Shown here piece after piece: positions 18,777 through 27,450 of a stretch of 64,000 nucleotides of DNA (positions are counted from its first letter, which is position 1; each line of letters starts with the position of its first letter). This DNA is from Candidatus Saccharibacteria bacterium RIFCSPHIGHO2_12_FULL_41_12. Its GTDB lineage: Bacteria > Patescibacteriota > Saccharimonadia > Saccharimonadales > 2-12-FULL-41-12. The stretch lies in assembly GCA_001790445.1 (NCBI GenBank), contig MGCQ01000001.1, positions 187,157-251,156 on the forward strand, read 5' to 3'. The notes under the pieces are model-generated. The model was not told where the DNA came from and did not search any database. It was given only the letters and a program-made list of their open reading frames with translations. The position numbers were made by a program, and so were the translations under genes.

Positions 18777-18869
18777 ATATCTAATTTATTCCTTTTCAAA
18801 TGGATCACTAGCTTTCTGATCAACAGTGATACTGGCGCTTAGATTTTGACCACCACTTTTTTGACCTAG

Positions 18870-19589
18870 TTATTTTGAACAACCTACCTCCGGTATATTC
18901 TTCTCTTTCTCGCGTCTAATAGTCTCTATAATTGGAGCGTAGTTACTAAAATTTATACTATAAATCACTGGTCTTACAACTAAACTACTGTCTTTTTTGC
19001 ATGATTCACGTGAAGTGCTACTAGTCCAAAGATATTGCCCGCCATATTCAACATCATTTGGTACATAATCAACCTCTCCGATAATAGTGTTGCTTTCCTC
19101 GAATTTTGTCATTTTATCTGTTTTATATTTAGTGGTAAATAGAAAGTGCTTTGTAGTATCTTTACATGACCTGTTCAAATTCACACTCAGTTGAACTGTA
19201 TTGTCATCTTTTCTTGAGAACTCTATACCGTTACCTTCTACCAAGGGATATGTTAATTTACCGACAGTACATGATCGATAATAGTCTTCTTTCATCTCAT
19301 CGTTAAAATCTGGTTTCAAAGGAGGTGTTATTCTATTCGGATCATCATCGCACCCAAACGGTGAGCAAATATTGTCAATGGCATCTTGAATAGAATTATA
19401 TTCTCGTAGTGGATGCATAAGTCTGTAGCCATCAGGACTGAGTCTAGGCTCTGCTTGGCCTTGCTCTGGTGATCCAGATATAGCCAATAAAGTGCTCAAA
19501 AGAAAAGCTGCACCAATCCTTCGGAAATTATGACTCAACCAGTTGCGTTGTTCATGATTGCCCATTAGAGATCTATTTCCAATCTCCAC
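18870..19589 (-). CDS. Hypothetical secreted protein
   Basis: 239-aa ORF with a signal-peptide-like RRIGAAFLLSTLLAISG. The real start may be ATG 19565. Confidence 0.5.
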   Translation of the reverse strand: MEIGNRSLMGNHEQRNWLSHNFRRIGAAFLLSTLLAISGSPEQGQAEPRLSPDGYRLMHPLREYNSIQDAIDNICSPFGCDDDPNRITPPLKPDFNDEMKEDYYRSCTVGKLTYPLVEGNGIEFSRKDDNTVQLSVNLNRSCKDTTKHFLFTTKYKTDKMTKFEESNTIIGEVDYVPNDVEYGGQYLWTSSTSRESCKKDSSLVVRPVIYSINFSNYAPIIETIRREKEKNIPEVGCSK

Positions 19590-19638
19590 CCGTTTACATG
19601 CAGAATGTTAAAATAATCCTGTTAAAAATGCAAGCTAA

Positions 19639-20598
19639 TTATAGCAGTTCTTTCAGAGATTCTCTGCCAAGTTTAATCCAATAGTTTGACTCCTCAGAAT
19701 CGTCTTTATCTACATATTTGAGTTTATGTCCGCCCATAAATTCCTGCCCTGCACAGCCTGTAGCAAAGTTGAACAGCACCTCTTGTTCATATTCGGTTAG
19801 CGTACCGCCTGCGTCAAGATACGCATTCATTGCTCGATTAACTCTTTCGCTCAACAACGTCGGTGCTTCTAGATCAGTCAGCAAGCTAGTTGAAACAACC
19901 GCAATCTCTTGAATCTTGGGGTAGAGGTTTGATACCGCAAAATCAAGTACCCAAATTTTACCGTCTTCTCCTTTTAGTACATTCGTAGCGATTAAATCGC
20001 CATGGACAAAGCAAGTTGATAGTTTTGAGAAATCAATAGAACTATATCTCTCTATCGCTGTTTGCGCCAATTTCCTGCCTTCTTCGCCAAGAAACTCTTT
20101 GGTTTTTTCATACATTGCCACTATGTGCTGGGTTGACCATTCATCAAATACTTTTGGTGGAGCAAGGTCTAATGCATTGATTTTGACTGCTTCTGTCATT
20201 ATCTGCCCTATCTCTTGGTCGTTTGGCGTTGTTTTACTATCAAAATATGTCTTTCCGGCGATAAAATCCATGACCACCAGCTTGACCCCTTTTGGATGCT
20301 GATAAATATATTCATCGGTTCGCGTTTTGTAGAGAAAGGGGTGATTTACGCCACCTTCTAACGCTTTGACCATGACATTAACGTATCTTTTGATCTGTGG
20401 GGCGTCCCGAAAAGTAGCAAAAGCCTTGATGACAAAAGCCCCCTTGTCTGTCTCAACTTTGATATTGCAATCTTCAAACCCAACAGCAAGTACAGAGCTG
20501 CCTTGAACTACCCCAAGGTTAAACTCTTGTGCCACGTCAGCAATTAACTGATCACTGTCGCCCTCAAAACCTATCCGTGCAAAAAACTTCTGACTCAT
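19639..20598 (-). CDS. Phosphotransferase (APH / homoserine kinase type II family)
   Basis: 319 aa with catalytic loop HGDLIATN and the DFAVS (DFG-like) motif. Confidence 0.75.
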   Translation of the reverse strand: MSQKFFARIGFEGDSDQLIADVAQEFNLGVVQGSSVLAVGFEDCNIKVETDKGAFVIKAFATFRDAPQIKRYVNVMVKALEGGVNHPFLYKTRTDEYIYQHPKGVKLVVMDFIAGKTYFDSKTTPNDQEIGQIMTEAVKINALDLAPPKVFDEWSTQHIVAMYEKTKEFLGEEGRKLAQTAIERYSSIDFSKLSTCFVHGDLIATNVLKGEDGKIWVLDFAVSNLYPKIQEIAVVSTSLLTDLEAPTLLSERVNRAMNAYLDAGGTLTEYEQEVLFNFATGCAGQEFMGGHKLKYVDKDDSEESNYWIKLGRESLKELL

Positions 20599-20608
20599 TT
20601 ACGTTATA

Positions 20609-20614
20609 ATTGTA
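20609..20614 (-). promoter_or_regulatory. Extended -10 (TGC-TACAAT) 10 nt upstream of the ATG of the phosphotransferase gene
   Basis: Minus strand reads AACTGCTACAAT-TATAACGTAA-ATG. Confidence 0.4.
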
Positions 20615-20641
20615 GCAGTTTTTTATGATTAACCTTTATCG

Positions 20642-21025
20642 TCACAATTTCTGAGAATTTTTTTCTAACCATTCAGCAATTTCCGGTATTTCCAAGTGTT
20701 CCACTGCCACACGCACTGCAAAATCCTCCAGATCTTTGGGCATAGCGGTCAATCTATAACCGTTTCTCATCAAGAATATGCCGGACACAGTTATTGCGGT
20801 TCGTTTATTGCCATCAGAAAAAGGATGATCACCTATAATGTTGCGCATGTAAACCGCTGCTTTTTCACAGGTAGTCGCATACTGATCTTGTCCAAAAACA
20901 GATTGTTTTGGAGCGTTAACTACAGATTTCAATCTGTTTTCATCACGCACGCCATGACTGCCCCCAAAATCAGCAATTATCTGAAAATGGAGACGCAATA
21001 TCTCCTCTAGGTCGATGTATCTCAT
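20642..21025 (-). CDS. doc: Doc (death-on-curing) Fic-family toxin
   Basis: 127 aa with the Fic/Doc motif HPFSDGNKRTA. Overlaps the upstream antitoxin gene by 4 nt. Confidence 0.88.
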   Translation of the reverse strand: MRYIDLEEILRLHFQIIADFGGSHGVRDENRLKSVVNAPKQSVFGQDQYATTCEKAAVYMRNIIGDHPFSDGNKRTAITVSGIFLMRNGYRLTAMPKDLEDFAVRVAVEHLEIPEIAEWLEKNSQKL

Positions 21026-21249
21026 CGATCTTTGAGATTTTTTAGAGTTTGGCCGTATTGATCAACAAACTGGTCATATTCTTTCATCAATTTGCTGTGT
21101 TTTTGCGGTACTTCTTTCTTTGCAGGCTCGGCAGTAATTTTAACCATAGAACCAGTATCCAAACCTAGAGCTTTCAGATCTTTTGCGGGAATAGTTACGC
21201 CCTTGCTAGAGCCGATATTTATAACTTTTTGAGTTGTTGTAATAGCCAT
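21022..21249 (-). CDS. AbrB/MazE/SpoVT-family antitoxin
   Basis: 75 aa with the swapped-hairpin motif INIGSSKGVTIPAKDLKALGL. Lies upstream of and overlaps doc. Confidence 0.8.
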   Translation of the reverse strand: MAITTTQKVINIGSSKGVTIPAKDLKALGLDTGSMVKITAEPAKKEVPQKHSKLMKEYDQFVDQYGQTLKNLKDR

Positions 21250-21323
21250 ATTTAAAGATTAGCATAATCGTCAAAACATTACAATATTATTATAATATTT
21301 TCTCTTGGTTTAAGTATAACAAG

Positions 21324-21824
21324 TTAAGATTTTGATCGATATGTAACATTTGCCCAAGATGGATTAGATAGCTTTATCGGGTTCTTTTTGTATGTAAAGT
21401 CAAAAGCAGAATACGCTTGTTCAAAATAGATGAAATCTCCCAAATCTGGGTCAAATTCTACACTAACCTCTCCCTCAAGCAGTCTCTGATCAATCCGTGC
21501 TCCACGAAAAACCAGACGCCTCAACCAATAAACAACATTACCGCCGTTCACACTTCTGACAAGTTCTTCTTCATTTTCTCTAAGGTGATACGCTAGTGGC
21601 GAGCTAGGATTCTTAATACCAGCATGTAACACAAGACTTACTAAATCCTCGCGTTCTTCTTCGCTTAGATAATCTTCAATCATATTTAATTGCTTAGCCG
21701 CGTATTCCACGCGTTGCCCAAAATCTACTTCGTTAAATATAAATAGAAATTCACCATGCTCAAGTGTATAATTGTTTCCTAAATTTCCTGAATTGTAATT
21801 ATACCTATGGTTCGTATTGCTCAT
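21324..21824 (-). CDS. Hypothetical protein
   Basis: 166-aa ORF with no recognised family. Two TGCTA(C/A)AAT -10-like boxes lie upstream (21959-21969 and 21885-21895). Confidence 0.45.
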   Translation of the reverse strand: MSNTNHRYNYNSGNLGNNYTLEHGEFLFIFNEVDFGQRVEYAAKQLNMIEDYLSEEEREDLVSLVLHAGIKNPSSPLAYHLRENEEELVRSVNGGNVVYWLRRLVFRGARIDQRLLEGEVSVEFDPDLGDFIYFEQAYSAFDFTYKKNPIKLSNPSWANVTYRSKS

Positions 21825-21970
21825 ATGAATATATTATAAAACTTTTATTAATTTATAACAAACTCATCTTGATGATTTTAGCAGTTCACGTGCAGGTCTT
21901 AATACTGATCACATTTTTAGGCACGTGCTTAATTTTGTGACAGTTTAATATTCAATTGTAGCAGTTAAAT

Positions 21971-22246
21971 TTATGCGTCTCGGATTAATTTGATATCTGT
22001 TATTGCAATGACTTTGTGATAGACATTGGCGGGTATATGGAACATCTTTGGTGATTGTACCTTGGTCGATTCTTCGCCAATTGTTAGCTCAATCTCTCCT
22101 TCAACGAGATACAGCGTTTCAGCCTCTTCGTGGGTATGATCTGCAGAAATTGTACCTTTCTTGCGAACTATGTAGTTAACGGGTTCACAACGGTATATTT
22201 TGCCCCTGTCGTCGTCCTTAATAATTGGGATATCTTGAATTTTCAT
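21971..22246 (-). CDS. Small cupin-domain protein
   Basis: 91 aa with the HTHEEAETLYLVEGE ... H pattern of a cupin metal site. Confidence 0.6.
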   Translation of the reverse strand: MKIQDIPIIKDDDRGKIYRCEPVNYIVRKKGTISADHTHEEAETLYLVEGEIELTIGEESTKVQSPKMFHIPANVYHKVIAITDIKLIRDA

Positions 22247-22848
22247 ATTGGTTTAATTATATCATTTACTTGTTCTACGTTTTTATATAAGTGGGCGTCT
22301 AGACCTAGTCGCTTGCCGGCATCGACGTGTTTTTGTGTATCATCAAAGTAGATTATATCTTCTGGCTTAAGACTTGGGTTCTTGCCACAGATTGCTTCAA
22401 TAACTTTTTTAAAAAAGTCTGTACTTGGTTTTTTTGCTCCAATTTCAGCAGAAATAAAAAATCCGTCAAATTTGCCTTTGAACATTACGTCTTGCATATA
22501 CTTACCACGATATTTCTCTTGGTTAGTCACAACGTAGCATAGAATACCTTGGTTTCGTAACTTGGCAATGTAGTTTAGCAAGGCCTCATTTTGGACGTTC
22601 TCTGTCTCAAACCATAGCTTGAGTAAGTCTTCTACCTCGCCATCCCACCGCCAAATATCGTTATTCTCTGCTATAAGTTGCTTGAGATCTGCCCTGCCCA
22701 CCAACGCATCAGGAAACTTATCTTCAAAAAACTGCTCAAACGATTTTGGATTAAAATCATGCTCTGCGGCATAAATCTGGGCGAACAAACTTTCTGGGAC
22801 GGTGAGCACCCCATCTGCATCAAACAAAACTGCCTTAACTCTTTTCAT
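22243..22848 (-). CDS. HAD-superfamily hydrolase
   Basis: 201 aa with motif I FDADGV and motif IV-like FDD. Confidence 0.75.
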   Translation of the reverse strand: MKRVKAVLFDADGVLTVPESLFAQIYAAEHDFNPKSFEQFFEDKFPDALVGRADLKQLIAENNDIWRWDGEVEDLLKLWFETENVQNEALLNYIAKLRNQGILCYVVTNQEKYRGKYMQDVMFKGKFDGFFISAEIGAKKPSTDFFKKVIEAICGKNPSLKPEDIIYFDDTQKHVDAGKRLGLDAHLYKNVEQVNDIIKPI

Positions 22849-22857
22849 CTTGGTTAG

Positions 22858-22863
22858 ATTATA
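22858..22863 (-). promoter_or_regulatory. Extended -10 (TGC-TATAAT) 9 nt upstream of the ATG of the HAD hydrolase gene (leaderless-type)
   Basis: Minus strand reads AACTGCTATAAT-CTAACCAAG-ATG. Confidence 0.45.
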
Positions 22864-22915
22864 GCAGTTATCCGTACCTACAGTGGGGTTTGGTGGCTGT
22901 GTTTATCCAATATAT

Positions 22916-23422
22916 TTATGAATCTATTTCTAGCTGAATGTAGTCAGCAAAATACCCTTTGTACTTTTCCCGAAGTTTGGGGTTTTTGTAGTCAACCGAG
23001 GGTTTAATGAACTTGCGACATTCTGGTGAACCACACTGACAAGCAAATGACTGGGTATCGCTGGTCCATGCAGTTGCATAATCAACGGTTATTTCTTCAC
23101 CAGCACCGATATCTTTCATTGACCTTACTTCAATTTGACCTGAAATATATGCGTTGGGCGAGCAAGAATGGTTGTAGCCAATCAATGTTCGATCGACTTC
23201 GTCAAAAGTTAACCCTGTCATAAACAGATCTGGCTCAATTTGATGATGTGAACCGTTAATCACATCGGCATGCTTAATTACCGTAGCCTCATCCACAATT
23301 TTACCGGCTTTTACAGCTAGTAGTTCGTGTGCGGAGATATCCTTAATCGCAAAAAGCCCAACGCCTTGAAGACCCCCTTCTCTCCTTTGAACAAAATCAG
23401 ATCGCCAGCATTTCAGTTTCAT
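22916..23422 (-). CDS. SET-domain protein (putative lysine methyltransferase)
   Basis: 168 aa with NHSCSPNA and GEEITVDY motifs plus a post-SET-like CQCGSPEC cluster. Confidence 0.8.
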   Translation of the reverse strand: MKLKCWRSDFVQRREGGLQGVGLFAIKDISAHELLAVKAGKIVDEATVIKHADVINGSHHQIEPDLFMTGLTFDEVDRTLIGYNHSCSPNAYISGQIEVRSMKDIGAGEEITVDYATAWTSDTQSFACQCGSPECRKFIKPSVDYKNPKLREKYKGYFADYIQLEIDS

Positions 23423-23431
23423 CTTGGTTAG

Positions 23432-23437
23432 ATTATA
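23432..23437 (-). promoter_or_regulatory. -10 box TATAAT 9 nt upstream of the ATG of the SET-domain gene (leaderless-type)
   Basis: Minus strand reads ACTGGTATAAT-CTAACCAAG-ATG. The 9-nt spacer is identical to the one at 22849-22857. The box lies in the 10-nt gap and the 3' end of the upstream gene. Confidence 0.45.
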
Positions 23438-24044
23438 CCAGTTTTGCGATTACACGGGATGGGGAGGCTTCTATGTCTAACTTGAGGGGTAATGCCTGGA
23501 CTGTGAATTGTTTGTTTTCTAGCTGGGCGAGGTTGGTTAGATTTTCTATTATTAGCACATCTCCGCTGAGAAGGATTTTGTGGGTGCTAAAAGGTGGCTG
23601 GTCAGGACTGCACATGTCCATACCGACCATACTGATCTTTTTCTCTAATAAATACTGTGCTATTTCTTCTGGAATTTCTGGTGAGTTATCAAAATATTCA
23701 CTCTGCCCATACAGATCACTCATACCCGTATGGAATAACACAATATCGCCTTCTCTAATATCTGTGTTTTTGAGCTTTTCCAGATCAAATATCTTGTTTT
23801 CTACTTTGATATATACTCCCCTGCCAACAAATTTATCTAGTGGGTACTTATCAATGGTCTTGCCGTCTGCAATCATGTGAAGTGGTGCATCAATATGAGT
23901 CCCCACATGCGTACCAACAGATACATAATGGTCATTATAACCATCTTTATCAAAAACCCCAGCTACCTCAATTTTGGTAGCAGGATCTCCCGGATAAACC
24001 GGCGTCCCCTCGTTCAAAACCACAGATAAATCAACTATTTTCAT
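23433..24044 (-). CDS. Cyclase-family protein (kynurenine formamidase-like)
   Basis: 203 aa with the motif HVGTHIDAPLH. Confidence 0.75.
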   Translation of the reverse strand: MKIVDLSVVLNEGTPVYPGDPATKIEVAGVFDKDGYNDHYVSVGTHVGTHIDAPLHMIADGKTIDKYPLDKFVGRGVYIKVENKIFDLEKLKNTDIREGDIVLFHTGMSDLYGQSEYFDNSPEIPEEIAQYLLEKKISMVGMDMCSPDQPPFSTHKILLSGDVLIIENLTNLAQLENKQFTVQALPLKLDIEASPSRVIAKLV

Positions 24045-24054
24045 TAATCTAAGG

Positions 24055-24528
24055 CTAATTCTCTAAATCTTCCAAAAGGTTTTCTGCATACTTTTCAGGG
24101 TCATTTTCAAATCTTCTGCTCTCCAAAATAGTTATCCCTTCATTAATTCTAAGTCTCGGAAATAGTCTTAACAAATATTTTTTCCAAACCGTGACAACTA
24201 TATTATTTAGTGTAACGAGTGTAACAATTACTCCAAGAATAAAATAACACCCTTTTATAAAAGCTGGGTCTTGGCCCAAAATACTTTTAAAGTCAGAAGT
24301 GAAAAACGGGACCCAATAAGCAACAGTTGCAACTAACAATGGCATAATCTGGGTTTTCACGACATTGCTTTTAAATTGTATTAGTCTAAGCTTTAAATCT
24401 GAAAGCATAATGATCACAATTTGTTGATCTTTATTATGTAGACTATAAGAATTGTGAAAGCCAAAATCTTTCAAGTTACCAATCTCAAAACTAGTTTTTT
24501 GCTTTTTTTTCGCTGTCATCTTCTTCAA
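24055..24528 (-). CDS. Hypothetical membrane protein
   Basis: 157-aa ORF with two predicted TM helices in the middle. Overlaps the upstream small gene. Confidence 0.4.
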   Translation of the reverse strand: MKKMTAKKKQKTSFEIGNLKDFGFHNSYSLHNKDQQIVIIMLSDLKLRLIQFKSNVVKTQIMPLLVATVAYWVPFFTSDFKSILGQDPAFIKGCYFILGVIVTLVTLNNIVVTVWKKYLLRLFPRLRINEGITILESRRFENDPEKYAENLLEDLEN

Positions 24529-24808
24529 TAATAAATTTACTTATACCCTCTGAGTCTTCTATACCTATAACTTTTAAAGAGAAATCATAGATACTTCCAC
24601 AGTTGTCGCAAACCAAGGACACAGATGGCACTGATATGCCCGGAAATTCTAGCGATTTCAAAGTTTTTTGAAATTCGTGCCTATGAAATGCTCCCACTAC
24701 AGTAAAATTGTCTTTTTTGCATACACTACACTGAAAATCCGGAGCTTTTTCTTTAATAAAACTAATTATTTTTGGTGCAATTTTCTCAAACTCGTTAGAA
24801 TTTTTCAT
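24491..24808 (-). CDS. Hypothetical zinc-ribbon protein
   Basis: 105 aa with CSVC...CDNC (two CxxC pairs). Overlaps the glyQS stop by 4 nt. Confidence 0.45.
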   Translation of the reverse strand: MKNSNEFEKIAPKIISFIKEKAPDFQCSVCKKDNFTVVGAFHRHEFQKTLKSLEFPGISVPSVSLVCDNCGSIYDFSLKVIGIEDSEGISKFIIEEDDSEKKAKN

Positions 24809-26238
24809 TTTGATAAATCCTTGTTAACGTCGTTAATTTTAACTCGCTTTTGTTCGGCTGTGTCTCTGTCGCGGATTGTTACTGTGTTGTCCTCCAAGGT
24901 GTCGAAGTCTATTGTTATGCAGTATGGGGTGCCGATTTCGTCTTGGCGTCGGTATCTTTTGCCGATGTTGCCGTTGTCATCCCACATTACGTTTCCGTAC
25001 TCTTTCTTCAGCATTTTATAGACTTCTTGGGCTTTTTTGACCAGTTCTGGCTTGTTTTTTAGTAGAGGTGAAACAGCGACTTTCACTGGCGCTAAATGTG
25101 CTGGCAACTTCAAATAGGTTCTTTTCTCTCCGTTAATCTCGTCCTCAGTGTATGCACTAACTAGCACTGCCATAAGCAAGCGCTCTACACCAAAACTTGG
25201 CTCTATCACGTGTGGCACAAATGATTCTTTGCCGTCTTTAGTGCGGTATTCCATGTTTTTGCCTGAGGCTTTTTGGATATTCATAAGATCAAAGTCTGTG
25301 CGATATGCCAGACCAAGTAGTTCATCTCTTTTGTGTGGGAAATCAAACTCAAAATCAATTGTTCGCTTACTGTAATGCGCTCTATCTGCCTCTTCTACCT
25401 CTAGATTGTGAACTGATTCTTTTGGCAGACCAAGTTGGCCTAAGAAAACCTCGATATCTTTGACCCACTTCTCAAATTCCTGTTTCCATTCGTCTTTGTG
25501 AACAAAATATTCAATCTCCATCTGCTCAAACTCACGGCTACGAAAGACAAAATCACGCGGACTGATCTCGTTGCGAAAAGCCTTGCCAATCTGGGCGATA
25601 CCAAACGGCACATCTGGATAAAAACTATCCACCACATTCTTATAATTGGTAAATATCCCCTGCGCAGTCTCCGGCCGCAGGTATGTAGTATTTGGTCCCA
25701 CCACCTCACGATGCAACAAATCATCAACTGTAATTTTTACTTCTTCTAATTTATCTTTATTCATTGCGTCTATGTATTTTTGCGCAACTTTCTTTTCAAG
25801 AATCAGTCCTCTTTCTCCGGCGAATGGTCCAATTCTTGTCTCAAACATCATATTGAACTGCATCGGTTCATCAAAAGTTCCCTCTTTGCCACAAGTTGGA
25901 CATTTATCACCCTCTAAATGATCTGCTCGAAAGCGTGATTTGCAGTTTTTACATTCAACCAACGGATCTGTAAAAGTATCTACGTGACCACTAGCTTGCC
26001 AGACTTTCTGGTTCATCAAAATAGCTGCGTCAACACCGTACATGTCATCTCTATCTTCTACAAATGTCTTCCACCAGAGGTTCTGAATGTTCCTCTTTAA
26101 AGTCACACCAAGAGGCCCATAGTCCCATGTACCGCTCAGACCGCCATAAACCTCAGAACCCTGATAAATAAACCCACGGCGTTTACACAAACTTACGATA
26201 CTATCCATGCTGACTTTTTCTTTATTCTCTTTACTCAT
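24805..26238 (-). CDS. glyQS: Glycine--tRNA ligase (alpha2 type)
   Basis: 477 aa. The N-terminal VSLCKRRGFIYQGSEVYGGLSGTWDYGPLG region and class II motifs are typical of GlyQS. Confidence 0.93.
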   Translation of the reverse strand: MSKENKEKVSMDSIVSLCKRRGFIYQGSEVYGGLSGTWDYGPLGVTLKRNIQNLWWKTFVEDRDDMYGVDAAILMNQKVWQASGHVDTFTDPLVECKNCKSRFRADHLEGDKCPTCGKEGTFDEPMQFNMMFETRIGPFAGERGLILEKKVAQKYIDAMNKDKLEEVKITVDDLLHREVVGPNTTYLRPETAQGIFTNYKNVVDSFYPDVPFGIAQIGKAFRNEISPRDFVFRSREFEQMEIEYFVHKDEWKQEFEKWVKDIEVFLGQLGLPKESVHNLEVEEADRAHYSKRTIDFEFDFPHKRDELLGLAYRTDFDLMNIQKASGKNMEYRTKDGKESFVPHVIEPSFGVERLLMAVLVSAYTEDEINGEKRTYLKLPAHLAPVKVAVSPLLKNKPELVKKAQEVYKMLKKEYGNVMWDDNGNIGKRYRRQDEIGTPYCITIDFDTLEDNTVTIRDRDTAEQKRVKINDVNKDLSK

Positions 26239-26247
26239 ATTGCAATT

Positions 26248-26253
26248 ATTATA
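26248..26253 (-). promoter_or_regulatory. -10 box TATAAT 9 nt upstream of the glyQS ATG (leaderless-type)
   Basis: Minus strand reads TGTTATAAT-AATTGCAAT-ATG. Confidence 0.4.
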
Positions 26254-26785
26254 ACAGATGGCAGGTAAAGTTATAATCAGGGTTTGACTCCACTATAGTC
26301 ACCGGATATTTCTTTTTTAATTTAGGAATAACTTCTTCGACCATTTTTTGCTCATTTTCGACAAATATCAAAGGGTCATCATGGAAATAGCCTTGTTGCC
26401 ACCAACTCTTTTGTGAAAGTCTAGTGGCGCTAACCTCGCTATTTGCCGTTATTAGAATGATTCTAACTGCGCATTCGGGATTCATATCATGAACTTTATT
26501 GAATACGCCCTTATCCATATCGAGATACTGCCATTTGATGAAAACAACATCATTGGTTTTCAATAATTGGCTCACTTCGGCAGATATTGCCAGCCTTTTT
26601 TGTTCTGTTTGATCACCATAAAACTGCGCTGTGATTTCGATACTAATCTTGCTTACAACCAATTTCTTGTTTTCTAAATGTAGGTCAGCCAGCAATTTAT
26701 CTGTCGGTTTATTAGTAATATAGTCGCAGAAAGTCTTCTTCCCAACTGCACTGCTTGTGCCAAAAACCCAAATAATTTCTTTCAT
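26249..26785 (-). CDS. Hypothetical P-loop protein
   Basis: 178 aa with the Walker A-like motif GTSSAVGKKT. Overlaps recO by 4 nt. Confidence 0.45.
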   Translation of the reverse strand: MKEIIWVFGTSSAVGKKTFCDYITNKPTDKLLADLHLENKKLVVSKISIEITAQFYGDQTEQKRLAISAEVSQLLKTNDVVFIKWQYLDMDKGVFNKVHDMNPECAVRIILITANSEVSATRLSQKSWWQQGYFHDDPLIFVENEQKMVEEVIPKLKKKYPVTIVESNPDYNFTCHLL

Positions 26786-27450
26786 GCAATTCTTTTTATT
26801 ATTTCTGAAAGGAGTTTGGACGAGGCTGTTTGAAGGGCTTCGTCGCAGACCACTTGCTTGGGATTTTCTGCATCTGAGTAGTACTTAATTAGCTTGACCA
26901 TAGCTTGGTCGTATTGCCCAACACTGGATGGCACAAATTGATGGCTAGCAAAATCAAAATCAAGCGCCCCATCTGTTAAATCAGTCAAATTGGTAAAATT
27001 CAGTGTATATCCACTGATGCTAATTAGATGAATATACAGCCAAATATTGACATTTTTTGGACTAATTTTTTGTTCATTCAGGGCACTTAGACTGGTGCGA
27101 AGCAACTCAAAATAATCTTGCCCTTCGCCGTCTAGACTCAGCTTGTCTACGGTCTTAAGCCACTCATAAACCATCATAGTTGTGTCTATATCCTCTAAAA
27201 TCTTCGGATAATGTTCTATCGTCTTTGCACCTGTTAGCCTGACCATGCCACCCTCTCTGGATTGGACCAAATTAAGCTTGGAATAAGACAAAAGCTCTAC
27301 GTTGCCAGCCAATTTGCTGGTTGATCTGCGAATTCCCTTTGCCATGACCTTTTGCTTGCCTAACTTTGGGCCAATTACTGTCAGGATACGGTCGTTTTCC
27401 CCGTAATTAATGCGGGACAAGATTAAAACACTATCCTCTAAATACTTCAT
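26782..27450 (-). CDS. recO: DNA repair protein RecO
   Basis: 222 aa with an N-terminal OB-fold pattern (ILSRINYGENDRILTVIGPKLGK...KG) typical of RecO. Confidence 0.75.
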   Translation of the reverse strand: MKYLEDSVLILSRINYGENDRILTVIGPKLGKQKVMAKGIRRSTSKLAGNVELLSYSKLNLVQSREGGMVRLTGAKTIEHYPKILEDIDTTMMVYEWLKTVDKLSLDGEGQDYFELLRTSLSALNEQKISPKNVNIWLYIHLISISGYTLNFTNLTDLTDGALDFDFASHQFVPSSVGQYDQAMVKLIKYYSDAENPKQVVCDEALQTASSKLLSEIIKRIA

